NCBI GenBank assembly: GCA_965603825.1
Contig: CBFDEM010000023.1
Coordinates: forward strand, 1-64,000
Reading direction: 5' to 3'
Length of the DNA: 64,000 nucleotides
From: Blepharisma stoltei ATCC 30299
Lineage: Eukaryota; Protista; Ciliophora
The translations under genes and the position numbers were made by a program. This document shows positions 13,009-27,699 of this stretch, piece by piece (within the stretch, counting starts at the first letter, position 1; each line of letters opens with the position of its first letter). Under the pieces are notes generated by a model. The model made no database searches, had not been told where the DNA came from, and worked only from the letters and a program-made list of their open reading frames with translations.

Positions 13009-15938
13009 TTTATTTATAGGAAAAGCAATTCAAGCCAGTGGAATAAAAAATCTTGTGCTATTAAATAGAGGGGAAAGCGCTGAATTGCTATTAAAAAGTT
13101 TAGTAGAGCAAAGTTTGCTTTCTCTTGGAACTGGAGTTGTTGTTGGAAGCGAAGGTTCGTGAAGTTTAAATGGAAACGGAGTTATTGCTTATGTAGAATC
13201 AGGATTAGAAAGTGCTGACAGCAATTTCAATACTCTTATGAAGGTTTAGCATTCATAAAATTCCTGAATCTAATGATTAACTTTTCTTCAAAGCCTGACC
13301 CTTTTGACTTACTCGAATTTTTAAATACAAAAACAGTCAATCACTATCCTATCTCCAATTTTATGCTTCTCAATACAGTAAATAACATAAATGCTGCAGT
13401 CGGAAATATTTTTAATGGAAATTTGACTATACTTAATTCTCTTACCTTTCCAGGAAATTCTCCAAATATTCCGAACTCTCCAACGACTGCAGTCAATATA
13501 TGAATGGCAAGTGGAAACACAAATTGGATGTCATCTCCTGATGTTGTAGTGCATGAACTAGCAATTGCGGAAACGTTTGCCCTGAACTATTGGAAAAGTA
13601 CACATGCTTTAGAAGGTTTTGAAATAACAGTAACTAACACTGATTGTGGGGCGTCTGAATACAATGCTACCTATGGGTATTTCTGCTTTTATAATTTACT
13701 TGCTACTCCTGGCGTTGGCTATTTATCATCACCATACCCGTACATAGACTTGCCTACATCTATACATTGAGAAGTTTAAACGTTTCTATATCCCAGATTT
13801 CTCAATACGCTCCTTTTGCAAGTTTGGAAAACCAAACAAACTTCCCTGAGTTTATGAGAGTTGCAAGAAGTGATAAGTACAACATACAAGTTATATTTAA
13901 TCTCTGTGTGATTTTTAACTGAAAAAATATTATGGTTATATACGACGAAACAAGCTCTGATAGCTATGAGTATTTCGTTGCAATGGCTAAACAATTTAAT
14001 GTGGAAATTGTAAATAGTCCGAAATATAGATTGATTGACACTTACTACACAATGGATATGTACCAGGAGTGAAAATGGTGGTTTGAAGGCAATGTAAACT
14101 TAAAGGCTAGACTTGTGGTGCCTTTATTGATTCCTCCTTATGGCTTCTATGTAACTGAAAGTCTTTATGATACAGGAATGAGAAGAGGCGATATTATTGT
14201 CCTCTCTAATTCTCGTATTGCCTATTCTTTACAGTGACTAAATGACCCTATCCAAAATAAAAAAATAATTGAAATGTTTGATGGAGCAGTTATCGCTACA
14301 CATGAGTGAATTGGAGAATATGGAGAAATGCTAAAAAAGAGTTCAATAGGCATTATTCTAATTCAACAGATTTTCGTTGTTTAGCATTTGATTCTGCAAT
14401 TCTTCTTTTAAATGGAATAAAATTTACTATACAGCAAGGGCAGAATACCAAAGATTTTCAATCCATGAATATCAACCTAAGGAAACAGAGGTTTGCAGGG
14501 TGTTCTGGACAGTGTCAATTGAACAAGGAAGTAGCCAAAGGCTCTTGCCTAGAATTGGGATTTACAACATAAGACTGGATACTACGACTCAAAAATTATA
14601 TGAAGTACTGGCAGCACAACTTTGATTTCTTTATTTAGTGAGATCCTCTGATTTGACTCTACTACTGTAGTGCCAACTGACTTTATAATATATGAAAATG
14701 GGTGTCCTTTCCCAAAAAAAGCAATTTCTCATTCAGAAAAAGGTTCTGGGGTGTTCTATGGAATTTCAGCTGCTTTTGTCGTCTTCACAGCTTTATATTG
14801 TTTTTGAATCTGGAACAAATGGTGGAAAAATATAAAAATTGAAAAATTAATAAATTCTTCGGCTGCTCAGTTTGAAGATTATATTCTCATGGCAGTCGTG
14901 GCAATTGACTTTTTTCAATTCATTAGTCAAGGTCCGGATATTGGCTGGCTATTTTTTTGGCTGTCTAGAATATGCTCTTATTCAATAACAAATTTTGATT
15001 ATTCTGTTGGCAAAAGTAATTATTGGATTTATTTGTATACAGCCATGATAATTTCTTGCTATTGGGTTTTTTCAGCTTGCGCATTGATTTTTAATTTAAA
15101 TAAGCTTGATGGCTGGCTATTGAAGTATGTTAGAATTTTTGCTACTCTTTTGTTGCCTATAATTGGAAATATCGTATTTGTGCCTATGGTCTCAGTTTTT
15201 TTAAGTATTTTTCAATGCGATGAAGGAACCAGCAATCAAATATCTGATTCTTTTATAAGACATGATTGCACTACTTATTGCAGAAATCACAAATATATTT
15301 TATGAGCATTTTTTTCATTAATTTCGCTGATCATGTATATACCTCTGTCTATCTATTTTAGATATCATTATGAGAATAGTAATGATCACATCAATATACG
15401 AACAAAACCAACTTTTATTTTACAAAAATCAGTTTTACAGATCAGTATCATTGCTATGAGCCAGACCATAAAAGTATATAGCCAATCCTTGCATGGTCTT
15501 TGCTGCAGCATACTTTTACTTATATTTATTTTATTATGCTTAAAGAACAGTCCTTATAATTATAGTCGCATGAATTTTTGGGCAGTTACTTCATATTTTG
15601 GAGTTTTATATAACTTTATTCTATCTTCAATTTATTGACTTACAGAATTTGAGTCCCAAGAATTATGACTTAGTCTTCAAATCTTAGTTTGGGCTACCTT
15701 AGGGATATCTGGTATTTTAATCCAATGAAAACTGATTCCAAGCTTACTTTTGACAGCTCAGCCACCAGATATCGCGATTTTTTTTAGATTTTCATTGGGT
15801 GCTAGAGTCTCAGCTGCAGATATTAATAAACTGAAAAAAGAAATTGTCCAAATTAGTGACATGGGTGAAGAAAAATTGCCAAATCTTAAAAGCCAAACCC
15901 GCTTTTCGATTGAAAAGGATGACCTAATTTCAGAATAA
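13009..15938 (+). pseudogene. Receptor copy C, 5'-truncated near-identical duplicate of copy D
   Basis: Collinear with 19112-22060. Indels near 13225, 13750, 14303, 14335, 14510 and a ~20-nt deletion near 14605. Lacks the first ~170 codons. Confidence 0.85.
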
Positions 15939-16649
15939 AATTACTTTTAGTGATAACATTTATTAGTTTGTAATTTCCAAATAATAATTATAATGCGAAT
16001 ATAAGCACTTCTACTCATTTTGATTATCTTATTTTCAAATAGTATAAGAAAAATCATTCTGAGTATTTATAATTTATTTAATGATTCCTTAATCTTGATT
16101 ACAAAGAAAAATTAAAATCTCTCCTTTTAAAGCATTTTTTTAAAATTAATTATTTTGCATTATATTGAAAAGTAGCCTAATATTATTCATCTCATATAGT
16201 CTTTTTCAATTCAAATTATTTATTAGCATCTTTTATATGAACAGTAATTTTTTTGATTATGATATACTCAACAATTTATCTATAAGTCTTGCTGTTCCTT
16301 GATCACATATAGCTAACTTTATATTGCCATAAATTTATTGAGGTCTGAGGTGTAAAAGTAAAGCTGTTTGCTTTTCTGCGAGCTCAATAATTTGAATTCT
16401 TTGTAATTAGCCTCCCTTTTATCGTTGATGAAGCCGATTTATTTATTTATTTGAACTAAATATCAATAGAAAATTCGAGTTTTCTAACTCTACCCTCAAT
16501 CCTTGATTGCATCATCAAATTCATTGGGTTTAAAATTTTTTGGGTCACGTGTGGGTTTCATGATTACTTTATCAAAGCGCTCAACCAAAGGTCTAATTTC
16601 CTGATTTTTTGGCAAATTTTATGATCTTCTCGTTTGGTCATGGCTCAAA

Positions 16650-16930
16650 AAATTTGATACCATGGTATTTTGGTTTTAATGCAATACTCAGTCTGGCTTT
16701 TCTTGACAGTAGCTGGAATGATAACTCAATAAAAATGGCATCCTATTTGATTATTAACTGATAAGGTAGAGATATAGCATATTTCTTTACGTTTCAAATG
16801 GGAAGACAGGCATCTGTAAAGAAATTAACAAAATGAAAGGGGAGATTGAAGAAAATATAGATAAATAGCTGTAAATATTGACGATCAATCTATTTCTTCA
16901 AGCTCAAGATTGAATGTACTGTTAGATTTT
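16650..16930 (+). pseudogene. 3' remnant of receptor family
   Basis: Matches the last TM and tail (gtagatatagcatatttctttac..ttcaaatggg). Paralogous to 22757-23040. Confidence 0.65.
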
Positions 16931-17254
16931 GTTAGCTGAAGGAATTTTAATTATATTTAAAATCAATAAATTTTCAGTTAAATTAATTATAGATTTAAGA
17001 TTTTACTTTTAATTTAGGTAGCATGCCATTTGGCTTCGTTTTTTTAATCTTATTTTAATATATTCCAGATTTGATTAATTCTATCATTTATTGGTTTTTT
17101 AGTGTTAATTCTAAACTATTCTTTATCAAATAATCTTGTCTTGTAGCAGTTATTATATTTAGCATTTATGTTAAGCAATTAGAGTTTTGGCTTCAGCTTT
17201 AAGCAGCGGTTCCTAAGAACTTAGAATCAGAAAAAGCAAACTATAGATTTCCTA

Positions 17255-17765
17255 CATTAACATAAAATCAAAGCCCCTTTTTATTATAGAAAAAACTATT
17301 ATCCAGCTTCTCATCGTTGTTTGAATAAAACTTCAAAACCCTTTGATGAGTCTTTGCATGGTCTTTTCTGCATCATCATTTTTGTATTAATACTTTTTTT
17401 ATGCTTCAAGCAAAGCATTAAAATTATCAGAGGGCAAATCTTTGGCTGGCTATTTCATATATAGCTATTTTATGGAATTATTTTTCTTTATTGACTACAC
17501 GTTTTACTCTCAAATGTTATGGCTTGTGCTTCAATTCTCAGTGTGGTATCTCTTAGCAGCAGTTGGTATTACCATTCAGTGTAAGCGATTTCCAAGCTTA
17601 TTACTTGCTGATAAAGTCGTCGACATAACCATTTTTTAAAAATTTTCAATGGGAATCAAATTAGTGAGATGGAACTTGTAAAAGCTTAAAAAAATATATA
17701 GAAAACAAAGAAGAAGGTTCTGAGAATTTATCACATTCATCTCAAGATAATATTTTTAAGAATAA
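17255..17765 (+). pseudogene. 3' remnant of receptor family
   Basis: IKSKPLFIIEK..., gatgagtctttgcatggtc and GITIQCKRFPSLLLADKVVDITIF are recognisable. Frameshifted. Confidence 0.7.
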
Positions 17766-18592
17766 TTATTAAATATAAAGTAATTTTTATTATCAATTTC
17801 ATTCTAGTTTAAAATATTTAGCTGATAGCTTGAGCAAATTGAATTTTGGCTTATACTAATTTCGAATATCGTTTGCTTATTAGTTTCAAATAAATTAAAT
17901 AATTTCATGTAAATAATTTCTTGATTAGTTATTATAATTTAAAGCGTATCTGCTCCCGTCTTGGCTAGCTTGAATATAATTTCTATTAACAAAAAATTTA
18001 TTAAAAGAAGATTTGAGGAGCCGATTGTCTGTAGTGAATCAATAAAAAAACAAATAAGACTATAGCTTGTATATTTATCGACTGATTAATAAAATTGGTA
18101 TAAATTCTTTTTTCTTATCCTTAGAAAGTGCTAAATTTTAAATATTGTTAGGCAGATAGTTAATAAAAATCGAAAAGCAGACACTTTTTGATATAATTAA
18201 TTTTGAAGTATTAAAGTATACAAACAATCGAATTTATGACACTTGTAAATAATTTATGAACGATATTTCCCCTTTCCATTTTATTGAAAGTTCTAAATTT
18301 TATTCGCTGGCTAATAAGTATAAAGTCCTAGGTAGGTTATTACGAAAGGCAATATCGAATTGATTTCATATCACAAAATTTAACTTTCTTAAACACCTAA
18401 TTGAGCTTGTCAAATGCAAAATGAATCTAAAGATTTTTGGCTATCCAATAGGCATCCTAATAATGATTTAATATATAAATTTTCTAAAATAATTTATTTA
18501 ATCAAGAAATCCTAATAAAAGCTAGATTGATAAAAATAACAAATAAATCTTGATATTTTTTCTTAAAGTAAGATTTAATATAAAAGTTAGCA

Positions 18593-21500
18593 ATGAAGAT
18601 TTTGGTAATTTTGCTATTCATGATAGTCCTTTCTAATAGCCTATTGCTTATTGGCATCGTTTATAGTCCTTACACAAATACAGAACTCCCCTCGAATATT
18701 ATTGCTTTGTTGGAAAATAGTTTTCAAGGTCAGTTTGAATTTTACCTAACCTGTGTTGAGACTTTTGAAGATGTTCTATTGGCTACAAACACCGCAGATA
18801 TAATTTTTGATCTAACCTTTAGCACTTCACTTTTAGAATCCATCAAAAAGCTCGCTGAAGAGAAGCATTTTATAATCGCTTCAATCAATAAATCATCTGG
18901 CACTTTCTCAAATTGAGAATTTTTTATCCACGACTCATGAGAAAATCATCTTAAGGCTTTATCAAGCATTATTTCTTATTTTAATTGAGAAACTTTTATT
19001 GTGGTTTCTGATGAACGGCATGACGAAAATGATGGTTTTGATACATATTTTTCTGATAAAAATTATCAGTGATTCTTTTTTGCTAATAATAAGATTAAAA
19101 AATCATCGGACTTATTTATAGGAAAAGCAATTCAAGCCAGTGGAATAAAAAATCTTGTGCTATTAAATAGAGGGGAAAGCACTAAATTACTATTACAAAG
19201 TTTAGTAGAGCAAAGTTTACTTTCTCTTGGAACTGGAGTTATTGTTGGAAGCGAAGGTGCGTGAGGTTTATATGGAAACGGGGTTATTGCTTATGTAGAA
19301 TCAGGATTAGAAAGTGCTGACAGTTATTACTCTTATGAAGGTCTAGCATTCATAAAATTCCTGAATCTAATGATAAACTTTTCTTCAAAGCCTGACCCTT
19401 TTGACTTACTCGAATTTTTAAATTCAAAAACAGTCAATCACTATCCTATCTCCAATTTTATGCTTCTTAATACGGTAAATAACATAAATGCTGCAGTCGG
19501 AAATATTTTTAATGGAAATTTGACTATACTTAATTCTCTTACCTTTCCAGGAAATTCTCCAAATATTCCGAACTCTCCAACGACTGCAGTCAATATATGA
19601 ATGGCAAGTGGAAACACAAATTGGATGTCATCTCCTGATGTTGTAGTGCATGAACTAGCAATTGCGGAAACGTTTGCCCTGAACTATTGGAAAAGTACAC
19701 ATGCTTTAGAAGGCTTTGAAATAACAGTAACTAACACTGATTGTGGGGCATCTGAGTACAATGCTACCTATGGGTATTTCTGCTTTTATAATTTACTTGC
19801 TACTCCTGGCGTTGGCTATTTATCATCACCATACCCATACATAGACCTTGCCTACATCTATACATTGAGAAGTTTAAACGTTTCTATATCCCAGATTTCT
19901 CAATACGCTCCTTTTGCAAGTTTGGAAAACCAAACAAACTTCCCTGAGTTTATGAGAGTTGCAAGAAGTGATAAGTACAACATACAAGTTATATTTAATC
20001 TCTGTGTGATTTTTAACTGAAAAAATATTATGGTTATATACGACGAAACCAGTTATGATAACTATGAGTATTTCGTGGCAATGGCTAAACAATTTAATGT
20101 GGAAATTGTAAATAGTCCGAAATATAGATTGATTGACACTTACTACACAATGGATAAGTACCAGGAGTGAAAATGGTGGTTTGAAGGCAATGTAAACTTA
20201 AAGGCTAGACTTGTGGTGCCTTTATTGATTCCTCCTTATGGCTTCTATGTAGCTGAAAGTTTTTATGATACAGGAAAGAGAAGAGGTGATATTATTGTCC
20301 TCTCTAATGCTCGTATTGCCTATTCTTTAGAGTGATTAAATGACCCTATCCAAAATGAAAAGATAGTCGAAATTTTTGATGGAGCAGTTATCGCTTCACA
20401 AGCTGAGTGAATTGGAGAATATGGAGAAATGCTAAAAAAAGAGTTCAATAGGCATTATTCTAATTCAACAGATTTTCGTTGTTTAGCATTTGATTCTGCA
20501 ATGCTTCTTTTAAATGGAATAAAATTTACTATACAACAAGGGCAGAATACCAAAGATTTTCAATCAATGAATAGCAACCTAAGGAAACAGAGGTTTACAG
20601 GATGTTCTGGAACAGTGTCAATTGAACAAGGAAGTAACCAAAGGCTCTTGCCTACAATTGGAATTTACAACATAAGACTGGATACTACGACTCAAAAATT
20701 ATATGAAGTACTTGTAGGACTTTATGATCCTGGCAGTACTACTTTGATTTCTTTATTTAGTGAGATCCTCTGATTTGACTCTACTACTGTAGTGCCAACT
20801 GACTTTATAATATATGAAAATGGATGTCCTTTTCCAAAAAAAGCAATTTCTCATTCAGAAAAAGGTTCTGGGGTGTTCTATGGAATTTCAGCTGCTTTTG
20901 TCGTCTTCTCAGCTGTGTATTGTTTTTGAATCTGGAACAAATGGTGGAAAAATATAAAAATTGAAAAATTAATAAATTCTGCGGCTGCTCAGTTTGAAGA
21001 TTATATTCTCATGGCAATCGTGGCAATTGACTTTTTTCAATTCATTAGTCAAGGTCCGGATATTGGCTGGCTATTTTTTTGGCTGTCTAGAATATGCTCT
21101 TATTCAATGGCAAATTTTGATTATTCTGTTGGCAAAAGTAATTATTGGATTTATTTGTATACAGCCATGATAATTTCTTGCTATTGGGTTTTTTCAGCTT
21201 GCATATTGATTTTTAAGTTAAATAAGCTTAATGGTTGACTATTGAAGTATGTTAGAATTTTTGCTACTCTTTTATTGCTCATAATTGGAAATATCATATT
21301 TGTGCCTATGGTCTCAGTTCTTTTAAGTATTTTTCAATGCGATGAAGGAACCAGCAATCAAATATCTGATTCTTTTATAAGACATGATTGCACTACTTAT
21401 TGCTGAAATCACAAATATATTTTATGAGCATTTTTTTCATTAATTTCGCTGATCATGTATATACCTCTGTCTATCTATTTTAGATATCATTATGAGAATA

Positions 21501-22060
21501 GTAATGATCACATCAATATACGAACAAAACCAACTTTTATTTTACAAAAATCAGTTTTACAGATCAGTATCATTGCTATGAGCCAGACCATAAAAGTATA
21601 TAGCCAATCCTTGCATGGTCTTTGCTGCAGCATACTTTTACTTATATTTATTTTATTATGCTTAAAGAACAGTCCTTATAATTATAGTCGCATGAATTTT
21701 TGGGCAGTTACTTCATATTTTGGAGTTTTATATAACTTTATTCTATCTTCAATTTATTGACTTACAGAATTTGAGTCCCAAGAATTATGACTTAGTCTTC
21801 AAATCTTAGTTTGGGCTACCTTAGGGATATCTGGTATTTTAATCCAATGAAAACTGATTCCAAGCTTACTTTTGACAGCTCAGCCACCAGATATCGCGAT
21901 TTTTTTTAGATTTTCATTGGGTGCTAGAGTCTCAGCTGCAGATATTAATAAACTGAAAAAAGAAATTGTCCAAATTAGTGACATGGGTGAAGAAAAATTG
22001 CCAAATCTTAAAAGCCAAACCCGCTTTTCGATTGAAAAGGATGACCTAATTTCAGAATAA
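18593..22060 (+). CDS. Receptor copy D, intact 1155 aa: signal peptide + two Venus-flytrap (ANF_receptor-like) domains + ~9 TM domain
   Basis: All ORF fragments are in one frame joined by TGA(W). VFT motifs include TDCG, FPEFMRV, IFNWKNIMVIYD and FTGCSGTVSI. TM motifs include IDFFQF, LSIFQCD...DCTTYCW and PYNY. Ends in TAA. Confidence 0.88.
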
Positions 22061-22384
22061 AATTACTTTTAGTGATAACATTTATTAGTTTGTAATTTCC
22101 AAATAATAATTATAATGCGAATATAAGCACTTCTACTCATTTTGATTATCTTATTTTCAAATAGTATAAGAAAAATCATTCTGAGTATTTATAATTTATT
22201 TAATGATTCCTTATGAAATAAAGATCTATAAATACTCAAAGAAAAACCAAAAATAAGAATAAAATTTTCTTACTATATTCCAAAAATAGGCAAATCCATA
22301 TAAAACTGGCTAGCTTTCTTTCCTTTTGCAATGTACTTCATCTTGGACATCAAATTTTGTCTTCTTCACTGGTGAGCTTAAAAA

Positions 22385-23050
22385 AATTAATGTATAAAAC
22401 CGATATAGAAGCAATAAATATGCTTTATGAGCAGCCTTCTCAGTAATTTGTTAATAATTTCGATCCCTTCAATTTATTTCAAAAATTATTATGAAAGGAT
22501 TTACAGCTATATCAATATAAAAACAAAGCCAATTTTTATTATGGGAAAATCATGATTCCAAGTTATTATATTTGCAATGAATAAGAATATAAAAATTTAT
22601 AATGAAGCCTTGATGGTCTTTGTTGCACTCTTCTTATCATCCTAATTTCTTTATGCTTAAAAATAAGCATTATAATTATAACAGCAAAAACTTTTGGTTA
22701 TTATTTCATATATAGCGATTTTATGAAATTTATTTATCATCATTTTATTTGCTCACAAAATTTGATACCTGGGTATTTTGGTTTTTAATGTAGTTCTGTT
22801 TGGCTTTTATCGACAGTAGCTGGGATGATAATTTAATGAAAATGGCCTACTAGTTTATTATTTACTAATAGGGAAGTAGATATAGCATACTTCTTTACAT
22901 TTCAAATGGGAAGACAGATATCTGCTAAAGAAATTAAGAAAAAAAAGGAAAATTAAAGAAAATAAAGATTTAGGCATTAAAATAACTGTAAATATTGACG
23001 ACAAATCTATTGCTTCAAGCTCAAGATTAAATATACTGTCAGATTTTGTT
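22385..23050 (+). pseudogene. 3' remnant of receptor family (TM5-tail)
   Basis: aaatatgctttatgagca, atcaatataaaaacaaagccaattttt and ggtctttgttgc match the family TM region. Many indels. Confidence 0.7.
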
Positions 23051-23903
23051 AGCTAAAGAAATTTTAATCATTTTTTGGTTTAGATCAATAGTTAACCAAT
23101 TAGTTTTACAAAATCTTTCAGTTAAATTAATTATAGGTTTAGATTTTACTTCAAATTTAGGTAGCTTGCCACTTAGCTTCGTTTCTTTAATCCTATTTTA
23201 AGATATTCCAGATTTGATTAATTTTATCATTTATTAGGTTATTAGGGGCTTAATTCTAAACTCGTCTTTATAAATAGCCTTGCCTTGTCGCAGCTATTAT
23301 ATTTAGCATCTAATGCTGATTAGTTATAGCTTTGGTCTTCATTGACTTAGGAATATAAGCAGCTACATTAAATTTTTCATTCTTCGATATATAGCTATAT
23401 TAATGTTTTATCCATAGCACCTTGCATAAAGCTAGGAGTTTCAAAGATTATGTTTAGCTCTTAAGAACTTAATGAATATGAGAACCATTCAGAATTCCTA
23501 GCTTTTATAAACATTTCTAAATGACAGGAAGGCTTTGTGATTCTTCAATCTTGCTTTTAATGGTATTTGAATAGACTTAAAGCAAAATCAAAGCCTAAAT
23601 TGATTACATTAAAAAAGGACGCTATTTTTATAAATAAATTCTTTCAGCACCATATAATTATTGTCTTTATCACAACAATAGAAAAGCAATATAATCTATC
23701 AAAACTCTATCCTTTTCGAATAAATAGACTTGATTTTAAACAAAGTAATAGTATATTAAAAAATTGTTGGATAGTTTATTATAATTCTTTTGTTCACTAA
23801 TTTATCTTTTTATACTTTATTCTCAAATTGATTATCTTGAAGGTATACAAGTTTTAAATAATACTTTCTTATATATCGCTCATTTCTTTGGCTAATATAA
23901 TTA

Positions 23904-26900
23904 ATGATTTTGGCTATATTGCTTATACATATAGCATCCTGCTTGCTACCAGTTTTTATTGCAATAAGCCAATATAGCAGTCAAAACATGATTAACCAAA
24001 TTATTGACTCTTTCCAAAGTTCTGCTTTAAATTTCACAGAACTGAAAGTATCCAAAATAAGCCAGGAGGATCCTCTTGACAGCTTTATGGGAGAAAGCAA
24101 GATTATAATCGATGTCACTTGCAATCTCTTATTACAAGTAAAGCTTCCTGAAGCTGCAAAGTTAAATTCTTTTGTCCATATAATAGTTCGAGAACCATTT
24201 GAAAAATTTTCTGATTGGGACTATTTTACGCTGTTTCCGATACAAGCTCACTACGAAGCTTTAAATAGTTTTTTACTTTATTTTAATTGGTATCAATATA
24301 ATTTGATTCATAGTGATTCAGCGAATGCAATTAATCTCAGCAGTCTATTTTATAGAGATATAAATAAAAAGCAGGACTTCTGCTATTCAAATGATAGAAA
24401 CGAGGATGCCGCTAATTATTTTATTGGGAAAGAGGTAAAAACTACAGGATTAAAAAATGCTGTTATTCTAAATGAAGGAGAAGGAGTAAAGAAGTTGATA
24501 AGGTCATTAGTAAAAAATAAAATTTACATTAAAAATGCAGGAATAGTATTATAAAGCAAAGGCATATGAGGGGCAGAAGAAGAAGGTCTTATCATTATAG
24601 TGCAAGAGAGTCTTGAATTTGTAAGAAATTCAGATGAATATGAAATTGCTTCAGTTTTAAGTTTTCTTGAAAAAATATATATGCTATCAGAATCAAACTT
24701 TGTAATTAAAAAATACTTAGAATCAGAAAGAGCAAACTATAGATTTTCTATTGTCAATATTCAAAATGGCAAGAGAGTAATAATTGGAACAATTTTTAAT
24801 GGTCAAGTTAATCTATTCAAAACTCCACTACTTCCAGGAAATGCATATGATTTTCCTGATTCAAGCAATTCAAAGATAAAAATATCAATTTCTGATGGCA
24901 TTGCAAACTATGATGGGGTTATTCACAGAGGCACTTGAATTATAAGGATTCCAACGCTATACGCAATCAATTATGCGAACAAAACAAACCTAATTAAAAA
25001 TTTTTCATTAGAACTGCATGAAACTGATTGCAGTGCAGAGTATTATGAGCACGATTTTTCATATAACTGCTTTTTAAAGCAGAAAGTAAACTTTGGAGTC
25101 GTTTTTATACCTTCAATTCATGATGAAGTATACTTAGGGACTATTAGTGATTTCAGAGAAATGGGATTAAAAATTCCCGTACTTGGGGATTTTTGTCTTT
25201 ATCCTGCTCTTAATGACCAAATTCAATTCCCTGAATTTGCCCGGGTGGTAAAAGGTTTTGAGCTCCATTCCACCACAATGAGGATTTTCGGTTGGAAAAA
25301 TGTGGTTGTCATGTATGAAAACACGACCTTAGGAATTACCCTATACAAAGGGTTTATGAATGTAGCAAATGTAAATGGGATAAAAGTCCTAAATGATGAA
25401 GATAAGAGGATGGTCAAGGCTTCTTATTCTCTTAAAGATTTTGAAGAATATAAAGGCTATCTTACCCATGCGATCCAAACAAATGGAAGAATATTTGCCC
25501 TTTTCGTATTTGTTGATCTTTCGAGCCATTTCTATTTAACATCCCACTTATATGATTTAGGATTGAGAAGGGGGGATGCTATTTTTTTGTTGTACCAGAC
25601 TGTTTCGTGGTTTCCCTACTATGCAGTTGGCTTAGAAGCAGAAGTTATTTCTAAATGTGAAGAGTTATATTATGGATCACTAACTTTTTTCCAAGCTGAG
25701 TGGGTTGGAGATTTTGGGAAGCAAGCTTATGAAGGCATCAAAAAGTAATGGGGTAATTCTCCTGTGTCTTATCATTGCCACGCTTTTAACACTGGGTGGC
25801 TAGCTATAAATGCGATTAATACTTTAATCCAGTTTGGAGAGGACTACACAGACCGTGACACTCTTTTAAGATCAATCAGGAGGCAAAAGATCATCAGCTG
25901 ATCTGGAAAATTGGTAATGTCACCTAGTGCAAATGAATCTGAAGAAATGATCGTGGGCATTAGCAACCTGATATCTAATTCTACAACTGGGTTATGGGAA
26001 GATTTTCCAGTCGGATCTTATTCAATTGTGAGAAATCCAGTGCTGACTTTTGACCAAAATATTATTTGGCCTGATGGTGGAACTCAACCTTCTACTGATA
26101 TCAGAATAAATTGGCTTAATTGCCCATTTTCCTATAGGCAGATTCAAGACTCTGACAAAGGGGAAGCTATATATTATAGTATCATTGCATTTTGGACTGC
26201 TTTAGGTTTGGCAACATCATTAATTTATATATCAAAGTATTGGAGCTTATCGTTTCCTATCATTCAGGATAAGAGGGAAATAAAATTCCGAGATTGATTA
26301 GCTGTTTTTAGCTTATTGATAGAGACCTTACAGCTTTTAGCTTTAAGTCCTGAATTTATTCATTCAAAAATTTCTAATGGTTTTGATTATATATCAGGAA
26401 ATTTAGCAAATACCACAACATATTACAGTAAAATTTTCTGACCAGGAATTTATACAGCCTTAATAGTCTGCTTGGTGATGCTAATTTTTAATCTGTTATT
26501 AATTTTTAAAATTGAAGAGAAAAGCAGACTCTCTTTTTTAGTAGTAGCTTGCGGGATTGCAAAAGAGCTGCTGCCACATATTAGCAACTTATTTTTCATC
26601 TCTGTCATAAATTCTCTGTTTTCTCTATTCAGATGCACAAAAGGAACAAGCCTGAATGTCCTTGACTCATTTTTATATGGCGACTGCAATTATTTCTGCT
26701 GAAAAGATTTACACTTACTTTTTGCAGTTCTTGCTTTAATTTCCTTGCCTTTTTTTATTCCTAGTGCAATCTTATGGAGACCTTATTATGAATCTCTTAG
26801 CTCTGATAAAAATATTTATTGCAATGAGCATTATTTAATCGCAAAAAGCATCATTCAAATAGTTGCGATTACTTTAAAATCAACTATAGGGAATTACAGT

Positions 26901-27326
26901 AACTCCTTGTATAGTCTTTTATATATTTTCTGTCTCACACTTTTTTTAGCTTACTCCATTTTCTATAAACCTTACAATTATAATAGAATGAACTTATGAG
27001 CCCTACTTTCAATTCTGGCAGTAATGTGAAGCTCAATTTTATCATCTATTTATTCATTAGCTAACAGCAGCATCTTTATATGAGTACATTTATTAAGCTT
27101 CGGCTGACTATGCTTAGCTGTTTTTGGGTATGCTTTTCAGGAAAGATTTTATCCGAACTTTTTGTACTCCGTGCAAGGTAAGGATATCAGCTTGTTTTTC
27201 AGGTTTGAATTTTCAACAAAAATTAAGCCAGATGAAGTTTCTGAGGCTGTGAAGAATAAATATTCAGTGATAGACTCCAGCAGTCGATTTGATTCAGCTA
27301 ATAAGGATTTGAGTTTTATAAGTTAG
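23904..27326 (+). pseudogene. Divergent receptor copy E, full length, two in-frame TAA, no frameshift
   Basis: Single frame from ATG 23904 to TAG 27324-27326. TAA at 24552 and 25746. Same architecture (TDC, FPEFARV, IFGWKNVVVMYE, QAEWVG, NCPF, LFRC...DC.YFCW, KPYNY). Confidence 0.8.
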
Positions 27327-27699
27327 TTATAGCAAGTCAACATATTTATAACAATAGGTAAATAAATAAATTTGTGAAAATTAGAGCTTAACGATTATTT
27401 AAGATTATTTGAAGCTCTGCTATTTCAAATAAGTATTTTTAATCTAATCTTAGTTCGTTCAGCTGCCTCCTACTGTGTATCCCAGTCTCTCATTAGATCA
27501 GAGGATATTGGAATGTTCATCATGTTATGTGCCAAACAAGATTGAACTTACTGAAAATCCTAAAAACTAACTTTATTCAGCATTATCCATGAGTCTTAGC
27601 TCGTTATTCCTTCAGGTAATTATTTCAGTTTTTCTTTAGTATCAATGGTAAAATTAATATTAAAAAAATCAATTTATTATAAAAGCTTTTTTTCAAGCA

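Noticed and set aside
16250-16640. Unrelated coding-like fragments (also 27440-27620 and 29600-29790)
   Set aside because: Interrupted by stops and not assignable to any family by eye.
23567-23800. Short AT-rich ORFs (also 39991-40176 and 57039-57224)
   Set aside because: TTG starts, intergenic composition and no motifs.
24547-24562. 16-nt GT-AG intron removing the TAA at 24552
   Set aside because: It would shift the frame, and the region is collinear with paralogs without a gap.
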